NCBI GenBank assembly: GCA_020341815.1
Contig: CP070837.1
Location: 1,172,575-1,236,574, forward strand
Direction: 5' to 3'
Source: Candidatus Omnitrophota bacterium
Lineage (GTDB): Bacteria; Omnitrophota; Gorgyraeia; JAFGHF01
Length of the DNA: 64,000 bases
Shown: positions 39,001 through 51,000 of the stretch, piece by piece
Layout of the letters: each line of letters starts with the position of its first letter
How positions within the stretch are numbered: position 1 is the first letter of the stretch
Notes under the pieces: model-generated
The model's input: the letters and a program-made list of their open reading frames with translations, nothing else
Databases searched by the model: none
What the model was told of the DNA's origin: nothing
Made by a program: the position numbers and the translations under genes

Positions 39001-42000
39001 TCCTGTAGCGGCTATTCACGATGAAATTCCTGCTGCTGATGTTTTGGCAAAATGTCCTTCGGTAGATGTCTGGGGTATGCCTGTGGATTGCTGGGATAAA
39101 CTTCAGGCTACATTTGGTAAGTGGGAGGCAATTTCCGGGAAGCCGATGTTCTTATTCGGGGGAGTGGACTCATTTGATAATAATGCCGGTCAGGAAGACA
39201 GGTCTGCACAGGCAACCGTAGTATCAGATATCTGGAAGCAGGTTGATGGGGCAGGAGATATTTGCTCCGGGATAATCTTCAGAGAATTCAACGATGGATG
39301 GTGGAGGGCCGGTAATAACGATAGTCAGGATAGCGCAGGTTTCTATAACGGCAGCGTCCCTTATGATAGTTTTGATAATGTAGAGTATCGGGGAATTGTC
39401 GATATTGAACGCAATCCCAAGCAGGCTTTTTATACCCTCCAGCAAAATTGGCCCGGAGCCTCCGATGCCTTTATTCCTGTTGAGATAGATGCCCCGGAAA
39501 AAGATGCAGATGGAACTTACCAGATAACCTGGTCCGGTGAAGCCGGTACGAGTTATTATGAAATACAGGAAGCAGCGGATAGCCGTTTTACGGCTAATCG
39601 CAGATACTATTATGCGGAGACTAATCAGTTAGATATCAGCAGGCAAGAGGAAGGGGCTTATTACTATCGCATCCGCACATGGATAGGCGATGTTGCTTCT
39701 GATTGGAGTGAGGTAATATCGGTTGAGGTTGAGTTCTCTAAGGGTAGAGATAAAGACGGAGGATGCTTTATCGATATATTATCTCTTCAAGAAAAAACAG
39801 ATGACAGATTGATTGTATCCCGAATAGAATCGACTAAACAGAAGGCAGAGCAGGCGAAAGAGGAGTTTGCTTCTCTGTGGAGAATTAATCCGCGGGAGGT
39901 TTCTGTAAGGGAGGTCTCCGGGTTGTCTGTGCCAGGGTGTTTAATAGAGGAGCCGGATGGAACAATTACAATGCTTTTACGGCCGAATGCCTTAATCAGC
40001 ACCCTGCGTCATGAGTATCGGGGCGCAACCTTAGGAATTGACCATTCGGATAATAGCAGAATAGACGAGGCGCTGCTTATCCAGCCGGAAAATTCCTTAG
40101 AGTATCTCGAGAAGAACTACCCTGAAGTTTACCAACGCGTGTTCGCAAACATTGAACAGGTGAAAAATGGTAAGACTCTGCCTGTCCTTGACTGGGCAGA
40201 TGAGGAGGATATCTATGAGTATCTTATAGATGATGCCTCATTTAACCGATTCTGGTTTGGCACTACTACCACTCCTACCCCTGAGGGGCCGCAACGGTTT
40301 TGGGTTCTTACAAGAGTAGCGCCTGATATTATGAGAGATTATAAAGATTATAGCGACGATTACGAAAAGATAAATGCCTATTTAGTTGATTTAGGACTGG
40401 TAGAGGGATTAAACACCAAGCTTTTTAATGCGGGAGAAGACGTATTGGGGCAATCCCCTCGTTCCGGGCCTCCTTTCGCCCCTGATTTACTAGATCCGCA
40501 GGAGCCTGACTACGACCCTGACTCCAGCTATAGAAAGGTATACGCCCCGCTTCTTTTCAGCTTTATAAAAACAAAAGGTTACAGCGAAGACAAACTTATT
40601 TCTGCTCTTCCTGAAATAGAGGCGCTCCATGATGAACTGAAAGATAATTCCGATGCAAGAAATTATTTACCCGCATTCTTCTCTTACAAAGAAGATGGCA
40701 TATTTTATCCTGTTTATTATGTTTCAGACATTTCTGCTGCTGCACTTGTTGGCGATACGCCAGAAGCACGCCAAGCACGCCGTTACCTCAACTTCCTTTT
40801 CGACACCGTTTGCGGGTATATGGATTTAAATAATAATGGAATTGTTGACGATGAGGATTATCAATATGAAAAGTTAGCTGAGGATATCGAAGAGAGAGCT
40901 TCATACTGGGTAAGTGACTTTGAGTTGGTTGGATGGCTTAATGCGAATTGCTGGGATGAGATAGATGCCTATCATAACCTTAATGCCACAGGGTTTTTTA
41001 GAGATGCCGATCCTGACAAGGCAGAAGAAATGGAAATAAGAAACCAACATTTAGGCACATTGTATCAGCAGCAGCAGAGGATAGAGGATTCGAAAAATCC
41101 TAAGCGCGAAAAGATATATGTAGTGATACATTACGATGAGAATGGAGTTCAACAGCCGCCGCAGGAGAGAAATGCGAATGAGGAAGGAATAAATGAAGAG
41201 GGAGAACATTATCGTTATGGATGGAGTCGCGAGGCAGTAAAAAATCACCTTGCAAATTGCGCTACATTGCTAGACAGCTGGAGTTATATTTGCGAGTATA
41301 ATCCTACATTAGGAGAGAATTATACAGCTACTCCTTATCAGAGGGCCGTTATAAGCACATGGGAAGAGCCGGTGGATTATGACGGGAAACCTTATGAGAA
41401 AAAGGAATGGGATGAAGAAAATACAAGAGATGTAACTTACTATTTAGGCAGGAAATATGAGAGTTTAGACGGCAATTGGGGAGAGTTAGTTCCGCTTCCT
41501 CGTGAACTCAAGAGTATAGATAACGTAGTAAATGATTTGAATCATATCCATCTCTTAATTACTGAGGCAAGCGTCGGTTTGAAACGATGCTGGGAGATAT
41601 GCCAACCGGGAGTGGTGTTTAGCCTTGAGGATGCTAACTCTCGGGGATTTGTACTTATCCAGATGCTTTTAATGAAAACCGAGTATCGCAAAAAGGGAGA
41701 GGCCGTATGGAGAGATATTGATACAGAAGATGAAATGCGCAAGACTGTTGATTTGAAATATAGCCCCTCTCAAATGGTGGGAGTTATTAATCGCGCCGGC
41801 GAGATTGCCCTTTCTATGGGTGATTTAGAGACCCTTTACGACTTTGATAGAACCACAGAAACAGATATTGCATTTCAGTTGATTTTCTATTTGGAAGAGC
41901 AGATACTCATTCCTGGAGTGCGCGAATATGGCGTGGGGTTGGATTTGAATAGCGGTCAAGAGTTTGGCTTAGAGGATGAGAAGATAAAATTGGTCTTTAC

Positions 42001-45000
42001 CGAGGCCTCGCAGGTAGTTGGGTTTGTGAAGAATCTTTTAGCGGTTAGGCAAAGCCCAAGTTATTCTAACTTATGCGAGTTGTGGGGAATGGAGAGCGAT
42101 GTACCTTATCGTAATGACCAGACCCCTGTGGCTTGGACAAAAGGGCTAGATGGAGATCCTCTATTTGCCAGTATAGTCCTACGCCAATTTACAGAAGATA
42201 TGGCCTGGATGTTGACCCCGCGGCCGGATATGGGCGGCAAGAAATGCTATTATTCCTACAACATAGATAACTTATCTGCCGGATATACCCTGAGGCCATT
42301 GCCGGATGATTTTGATATTGACGACCTGAGCGCCTCTATAGACAGAGAGTGGTATTTAGTGGTTGGATTTAAAGAGGAGTTTCCTGATAAGGATGGGGTT
42401 TTAGATGTGATTACTTCTTATCATCCCGATGCCTCTCCCCAGTATTATGGCGATTGCAAGGTAATAGCAGAGACTGCAGAGACAGAAAAAGGCACAAATC
42501 CAACTGCTTCACTTTTAACCCGGGTAATCATTAGTGAATTGGCTCACCCTTATGAGTTGAGCATAGATAAATACCTGGCAGGATATGTTCCCTCTGAGTA
42601 CTGGCAAGAGACCGATTGGGAGCAGATAAAAGACTTAGTGGTTGAGGATATGCAGAGGATGAAAGAAGTTGTTGCCTTGCCCGGAATAAGAGCTGCATGG
42701 AAAAAGCATTATAAAGGTATTATTGCAGAAGCAGTGTTTGATGCGGAGTTTTGGGGTAACAGCACTCTATCTAATATTCAGGCCAGTAATTCAACTGCGG
42801 ATAATCCAATCTACCTTGCTCAGTCCGCAGCATTCCGCACCACAACCAGTAAATACATCCGTAGTCATGAGTTCAAGATAGACGCACATCTTGCCGAAAA
42901 AGGGCCTGAGGAATGCTGGAAAGAAAAAGATTGGGAAGTGGTTAAGATAACCTTGGTAGAGGACTTATATAGAACACAAGACTTGTTTGCCGTAAACGGG
43001 TTGATAAAAGCCCTCAAGACCAGCGGCTCCCAGCATACGACTATCAGCAATGCCATGGCCGATACCCTCTGGCCTACAGCCGGGGCAACAGTAGAAGACT
43101 CCCAGATCATCGGGCCTAAAGGTATAGCCTTAAGCGAATACGAAGTAACCCGAACCACTGTCAGCGCAAAGGCAAGACAATTCAAGCTGAAGCCCGACCA
43201 CCTCATCGCCGGACAAGACTACACAGCATACTGGCAGGAGATAGGCGCAGACAGAACCAGCACAGAGTGGCAGACATACTTAGCTACAGTGGTGGATGAT
43301 GAATACAGGGTAGGCGACTTATACAAGGTAACAGGTTTAGTCACAGCCCTCAAGACCAGCGGCTCCCAGCATACGACTATCAGCAATGCCATGGCCGATA
43401 CCCTCTGGCCTACAGCCGGGGCAACAGTAGAAGACTCCCAGATCATCGGGCCTAAAGGCACGCTTTTAAGCACCAATGAAGTAACGAGGTTATTCATCAG
43501 CAGAGAGAGTCATCAGTTTAACTTGCAAATAGACGCCTATATAGTAGGAGAGCCGGTATATTGGAAAGAGCGCGGGGCAGATAGAAATAGCAAAGAATGG
43601 CAGGAGGTATTAAATACGATAGTCGAACATAAATACAGACTTGGTCAGGTGTTTGCTATACAAGGTATTATTGATGTCTTCCAAAGATATTATCCGCCGG
43701 CGATGGCTTCGCAATTTGCCGATAGTTTCTGGGGTAATGCACAGCCTTCTAACATCCTTGCCCCTGTTCCGACTGCAAATAATGCAAAGGTCCGTTTTCA
43801 AGATGGAGACAACGAGGTCGAATATTTAACTATGTCGGAATTATTGCGCACCATAGGCGGTGAATATATCAAGCCGCTCTTATTAGACCTGGATTATCAG
43901 CGATATACTGAACTGAAGTTTGAGGCCTCTAAGATAAAAGACCAGTTGGAAAGAGAGATAATGCTGCGGGATGAGCCGGGCTTCTTAACCTTAATGCCCC
44001 GCTGGTATAACTATAACGGCTTAAAGGCGAGTGAAAAATTCTGGGGTGATGCAACAGAGCTTACGATTGAAGGAGAAACGGTATCCGCCAGCAGGCTAAC
44101 CAGGATATTAACCGCTGCTTTAGCCGATGGAGTGTATTCGGATGAACATACCGAAGGCACGCATATAAACCTTACTATTATGGAAGAAGAAAAGATTGAC
44201 CTGGATGCAAATAAAGACACACCCAGAGCAGTAGTTAGGCACATCGGGTTCCAGATAGAGTTGAGGAGCAATAAAGAGGCCTTTGATAATATGGAGGAAT
44301 TGTGGGAACTTGAAGGCGTAGGGTTCTGGGGGACTACTGAAGGATACAAAGGCTTCACCAAATCGGAACTCTTGCGCCAGATTGTCAGTAATGCAGCAGA
44401 GAAGATAGGCGAGGAAAGGGAAGACTTCTTCTTCACGGTAGATGATTATTTAGTTGAACTGAAGAAGGTTGTAGAGCTGAAAACCAAATTGAACAGCCGC
44501 ATACCTCTGTTGCTATTCCTGAAGAAGAGGCCAAGGCTGCGCGCCTCATACAGAGGGGCCCAGGATATACAGTGGCTGTTTGATACGGCAAAACATATTG
44601 GCCCGGAAATAGAAAAGGGCTATCCTAATGTAGATACTTATATAGTAGTGGCAGATAAATGGAGAGTTATCATCTCCAGAGTAGAGCATAGATTGGAAAG
44701 AAGCCTCGTCATTGACCCGGAAAGAGGCAACTTTGGCTACGATATCAGGGGAGGAATTGTTACCCTGCATTATCACGATAGTATTACCGGCAGTATTCCT
44801 GTAGGCTTAGAGCAGGTAAGCGTGGCTTCTTTAAGCGTGAGCCTGGTAGTCAGAGGCTTAACATTAGAAGAAGCAGGCAGGCGCTGGGTTGAAGATAAGG
44901 ATTTCATTCAGCAGGCCAATGAGATTGTGGTTATTTCCGAGCGCAACGATTTAGGCCGGATAAATTATCACGAAGAGATCGGCAGGACAGTTTACTATTA

Positions 45001-48000
45001 CACTCCCGAAGGTAAAAAGGTCGCCCAGGAGGAGCATTATTATGATTTAGCTAGAGGCGGCTTAGTCAGGCAGATAAGAGATAATCTGGAGACTGTTTAC
45101 CGTTATGAAGAGGGTTATGGCTATTACGATTCCCGCAGACAGTTCTATCCTTTTGCCTCTTCAGGCGATATCTATGTGCGTAGCCCCTATACCCATTTAG
45201 CCACCTTTACCAATAGTGAGCCCAACTTAGAAAGAGGCGAATTTACGCAGCAACTTACCTATCTCGCCGGCAATAAACAGGGGCGCACAGCAGAGCAGAT
45301 CTTGAGTGTTGTCAGTGGCGCCAGTGTGCACGTTTATGAAGGAGAATGCCAGACAGGTATAGGCTTAGACTGGGATACAGAGATAAAACACAAATATAAA
45401 GATGGCGTTTTTGAGGTGCTGAGGACGCCTACGCACACTAAGAAGCTTGACCAGTTTGGCAATAGCCTGGATACCTCCGACTTCCACAAGTTTGATGAAG
45501 ATGGGCAGGGAAAAACCATTGTGCTCATCAAAGGTGAAGATAAAGTATTTGGGGTGTATTATGAAGAGACCTATAATGTTACCGGCGGCCTTCTTGTGCA
45601 CAGGATTATGACCGAGAAGTGGGGAAGAGAGCTGATAAGGACAGAACATACCCTAATTCGCGGCACACCGATTATCGTTGGCAACAAGCTTATCCGCAAG
45701 GGTGTAACCTTAGAGGACTTTACTATCGGTGATGGTAAGCACGTGCCCGTAGCCAACGAGCAAGGCCTGATTGAGGCCGAAGGTAAAGACTATTTTGGCA
45801 CAAGGGCTAAGCGCTATTACACCAATTATGCGGCAGTAAAAGAAACAGAATACTTTAATAAGGATGGCGAGTTAATCCTTTGCGTTGGAAACGACCTTAT
45901 TAAAGGAAGGCCCTATGTTGTTGGTTATACAGAAGAAACTGCTCAGGGCGGGACGATTGCCACATTTAAGATTGCTGCCGAAAATATGGTTAATGGGCTT
46001 GTTCATCCTGCTGAAAAAGGATGGCAGAAGGCCAGATTAAGGTTAGACAGTGTTGAAGAGTGGCGCGGCAACTCTTACCGCCAGTATCTTGACTATTTTG
46101 CCGGTGTGAGGAAAAAGGAACTTGTTGATAGCCAGGGTAATACTTTAACTGTTGCCGAGAATGAAACCTTTGAGGCTACAATATTTACCCGCAAGTACGT
46201 GCTCAAGAATGCCCGAGGGACAACCTTGGAAGAGTTTGAGGTGGAAAGTGAGGACATTGAAAACGACTTACCTAAACTCTCAATACTGGCGCTTGAGTCA
46301 AAAGAGGTTTACGAGGTTGACGGCTCTGTTACTACAATTGAGAGCAAGGAATTTAGGGTAGCCCGAATGAAGGGGACGGATTGGCGCAAAAACAGGTTTG
46401 AGCGTTTCTCTAATGGCTTTGGCGGATTAGTTCAGGAGAAGGTATTCGTTGAAAATGGTTCTGAGCCTGTTTTGATAGGCGAAAACCGCGAATTTGCCTT
46501 TGGCCGCTATGCTGTAAAACGGTTGAAGTTGTTGGCGGACGGCACAGTTATGGAATACCTCTCTATTCAATTAGATGGAGAAGGCCTGGCTGTGCAGGAG
46601 GAAGGATATGTTATTGCACAAGGGAGCGAGTTAAAGGGCATCAGAGAATCGGGAAGCCTGCGCTATCGCTGGATAAGATTGATGCTTGATAAGGCAGTTG
46701 ACGGCACAAAACAAAAGCAAATCCTCGATGCCTGCGAGGTAGTTTTGCAGACAACGGACAACGGGCTTATCCCCGGGACAAAAGAGATTCGCCAAAGCAC
46801 AGTAATAAATTCCATAGATGTTATTACCCGTTACAGCAAAACACAGGAAGACCTATCTACCGGCCTGCTTGAATTAGACAGGCAGGGCCGCACTATTTCT
46901 GATGTCAAGATTCTGCTCGGCGCAGATAAAGCCGGTGGGTATATCTGGAAGGAAGTTGAGGAGTATCACCTTTCCTTAGGCGAATTAGAGCAGGAGAATT
47001 GGGAAGAATACGTAACTTATGGTTCTGGAAAAGCAAAGACAACAGAGAAGGTCAATCTGGTAACTAAATATGTGCCGGTCAGAGGCATGGGCTTTATCAA
47101 ATCCAGCAAGACCACCTTTAAATATAAAGGAAAGACCTTAACCTATCGCAGCGCCAAGAATGTATTTGTGGGGGATTTCCCTCTTCTGGATAAAGATGAC
47201 TTAACCAGAAGCGAGGTTAGTTCTCTCGATGCTTATGACGATACCCTCGGCCCATATTCTAAACATACCAGCGAATATCGCGACGATTTCGGCGGATTAA
47301 AGAAATCTGTCTATGAATACAAGAGGGGCCCGGCCGTAACGCACAATACCTTATTCCCGCAGACAGATATTGTTGTGGAGAGCGAGGTAAAAGATATCCT
47401 TGAGAATATGTTACGCTTCAGTTACGCCAGAGAAAAGTCCCCCGAAGGCCTGTCTGTGTTTGAAAATAACCGCAGAACGATGCGGGAAGGCAACTGCGAA
47501 GGCGAGCGCTGGGATGCCTTATACGACCGCTTCGGCGCAGTGTATGAGATAGCTAACAAGATGAACAAGACCGTCTATACGTTCTACAGCGTGGTTGAGA
47601 TCTTAACTAATAAACCTCAAAAATATGGAAAATATGAGCGCGCTATCAGGGGCGTGGGGGATTATGTGGGCTTGAAAGAAACAGGCGCAAGAAAGAGTTT
47701 TGATTTTAGCAACATGAGAATTACCTGGGATGTGCAGAAATACCTGGGAGATACCAAATATTATCTTTATTCCCTTACCCGCATTACCGATTTAGAGACC
47801 GGAAAACGGGAAGAAGAGACCATTGAAAAATACTCGCACACCGTCTTTACTTACGCAAGCCTGGCCGCTGAGCTCTGCAACAGTCCCGACAAATCAGAGG
47901 AATATAGATATTGCAAATCAGGCGGCCAATACGCAAAACTCAAATACACCCTGACCAAGCAGAATGTATATTCGGGAGAAGAAGATGATTGTCGCCAATT

Positions 48001-51000
48001 TGACTGTTGCTGTAGCGGCTCCCTGGGAAGATTCGGCGGAGAATACCGCCAGTTTGAACGAGTGGATAACCATACCGGCAAAGTCGACTTAGAATACGAT
48101 ATCCGTTTCTACGAAGAGGGTCCTTTCTACATTGAAGATGCCATCCGCCACACTAATTTAGAGTATAAGTTATTCGGCCGCAGAATCATCGCCACGACTT
48201 ATTGCAATGTGACGGGTGAGATAACCGACGATGCCGTTACAAATTTCATCAAGGGTTCTGGCTGGGAACGGATAACTAATACTTATAAGAAGCGCAATAA
48301 CTTAGCCGACCCGGGTGAGGTCTCTTACATAGAAGAAGCCACATTGGATATCTACGGGGATATCCAGGGGGCCTCTATAATTTATCCGGCCTTTCCGAAA
48401 GAAAATGAAACTGTTGAAGTTATTTACGGCAATTGCGCCGGCATAGAAGAAGAAAGATATGTCTTCCTGAGTTCAGAGTATAAACATAGCACAGATAAAA
48501 CTACTTTAATGAAGAAGCATTATTCTAACTATAGCTGGTCAGCAGGCGAATTACGCGAACAGGTTCAAGATGACTTTGCCTGCGATGCATATATACAGGT
48601 CTTAGATGAAGTCGGCAGAATAATTTTAAGAGAGAAGAGCGTTATAGATATCTTTGGCAGGACAATTACAGTGCGTGATAACATTGAATATGTACACGGG
48701 ACCAATAGAAGAAAGATTGTGTATAATTATGTTTCCGGTGAGCCCGCAGGCATAGGCGCCAACAGTTCAAGAGATAATTTAAAGAAGGTTTATCGATATT
48801 TTGATTTTACTCCTGCCGACAGAGCGGTGCATACTCATCGTTTCCGTATTATCCCTGCCTGGGGCCTTAGCGCCGATGGTGCGGTAGATATCCGCGACCC
48901 CTTAGGCAGGATGAATATTACCTATGATAACGGCGACAGGCTTGGGGTGTCCGCATATCTCAAACACACTAACATTGCCGTTGATAGTTATTTAGAGAAC
49001 CGCCACGGCAAAAAGATCGAACGTTACGAGACACAGCCCTGTTACGGCGTTGTAGAAGGTATCCCCATTAGCCTGGTGAAAAAATATATCGTCTCTCCAT
49101 TCTTTGGCTTGGAAGAAGAGACGGAAAAGCTCGGGTTCTTAAGAGGAGCAGACGATATTCGGGTCTTCAGCGATATCTTTAACGAGAGGACCTTTTATGA
49201 TATGTTGTCGCCCTTTAATGAGGCGGTGTTTACTGTTGACTCACAAGGTATCTTCGGTGCTAAGGTAAGTTTCGGCCAGCATTTCTATAAGACAGTAAAA
49301 TCGAATGTGGTGCAGATACATCGGGCAGTGAGGGATACTCAGGACTATGTCGATGCTGACGGTAAGAAGGCTCAAGAGCCTGTATTAGTTGTGCGCACAT
49401 TTGATTTTGGCGGCGTGGGCAAACAGTGGTTTACGCAGCGCACCCAGGATATTAAAGGAAGTCTTTTAGAGGTTAAGAACGGAGAGGTAAGCTTACCTGT
49501 TTATTATTCTATTTATAATGCAGAGGCGGTATTGGATGAGGTCCAAAAGGAGGCCGATTTTAAGGAAAAGTCAAATCTGCTTTATGTCTTAGGCGTTTTT
49601 GCACCCGAGGCTTCCGGCGACTATGTTTTCTCAGCAGGCATAACTCCTTTAGCAGGCGGGCAGACAGTTAACGATTATGAGTTTGACTTTGAGCTTGTTT
49701 CCGCGAAGGGAATTGAAAACGGGCGTATTTTAAACCGCGATATGTTCAGCGGAGTTGAGAATTATCTTTCTGTGGGAAGGACAAAGTTAGAAGACGGCTC
49801 CTGGAACTCAGACATTGAGACCACGAGAGACAACGTTGTCTTAACCCGAAATTGCACGGTTGCGCCTAATTATCCGGGTTCATCCTGGTTTATGAAGACA
49901 GGTAAATACGCATATTTAGTGAAATATCTTGTTCTGCGTAACGGCAAACCATTGGATCCGAGAAATCCGATATTTACCACGCCGGCGCCTTATCATGAAT
50001 TAACGGGTCCTGCAGAGTTGAAGCTAAACGGCACAGCGATTTGGCTTAACGGCGCAAAGGCAGAGCTGTGGGGATATGATTTAGGCGCTGTGCCTCAAGG
50101 CAAGCTGCCGAATGCGGTAAGGCTTGACCTGGCAGTATTAGGAGGAGATGCAGGCGTTAAGGCTTTGGCGGAAAGCGGCGTAAGGTTTTATAAAACATAC
50201 AAAGTGCCCGAAGATGATTTACTGTTGGCCTTTAAAAAGTACGGTCTATTTATGGAAGTGGGAAGGGCCAAGGAGATGAGCATAGCTCAATTTAAGGCTT
50301 GGGTATTGGCCCATAGCGACCCTTCCCAGGAGAAAAACTGGCCGATAGCAGTATTTAATTGGGATAACGAGCCGGAATTAGAGTTGAGGAGTTCCGCAAG
50401 GTTAGAGGCGCGGCTTGGGGAATTGGCTGCGGCCATCGACGAGACAAATGCAAAGGTTTCGCATATACCTTCCACGATTGCCGTTCATGATGTGCCTACG
50501 CCCGATATGGTAGCGGCAGTGCCGAATATAGGATTCTGGACGGGGAATATTTACCGCTGGGATAATGTCGAGAGCGCGCATAAGGATTGGAAGAGAACCT
50601 TGATTATGGCCAAGGCGCTAAATCCTGCCCTAAAGGTTAAGTTTTTGCATATAGGTGAGTTCGGGGTGGATAGTTATAATATGCAGACCCTCAAGCCCGA
50701 CCAGGATAATCAGGCCGCCGGAATATTTAATATTATGAAGAGCATCAAACAGCGCAGCGCTATTTTTAACGATTACGGCAACATTGTAACCGAGATTGAA
50801 GACTTGACCGACGAACATAATCTTTTTATCGGCGGCTGCACATTTAAATGGGATGAGTTATGGAAGATAATAGGCAAAGATGCCGGCGAGCAAGACCTTG
50901 ATGTTTCCGGATTCGGCAATTGCTTCCCTGACGGCTATCCGCATAATGAAGAGCTGCTGGGGTTATCCGAATGTCTGACAATCGGACCCGGCGGAGTAAT

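Noticed and set aside
2433-46361. Other + strand alternate-frame ORFs (2433, 4200, 14703, 32553, 33642, 34786, 38346, 43641, 46152)
   Set aside because: No convincing SD noticed, and their composition is what frame-shifted reading of the giant ORF gives, unlike 16743 and 17395
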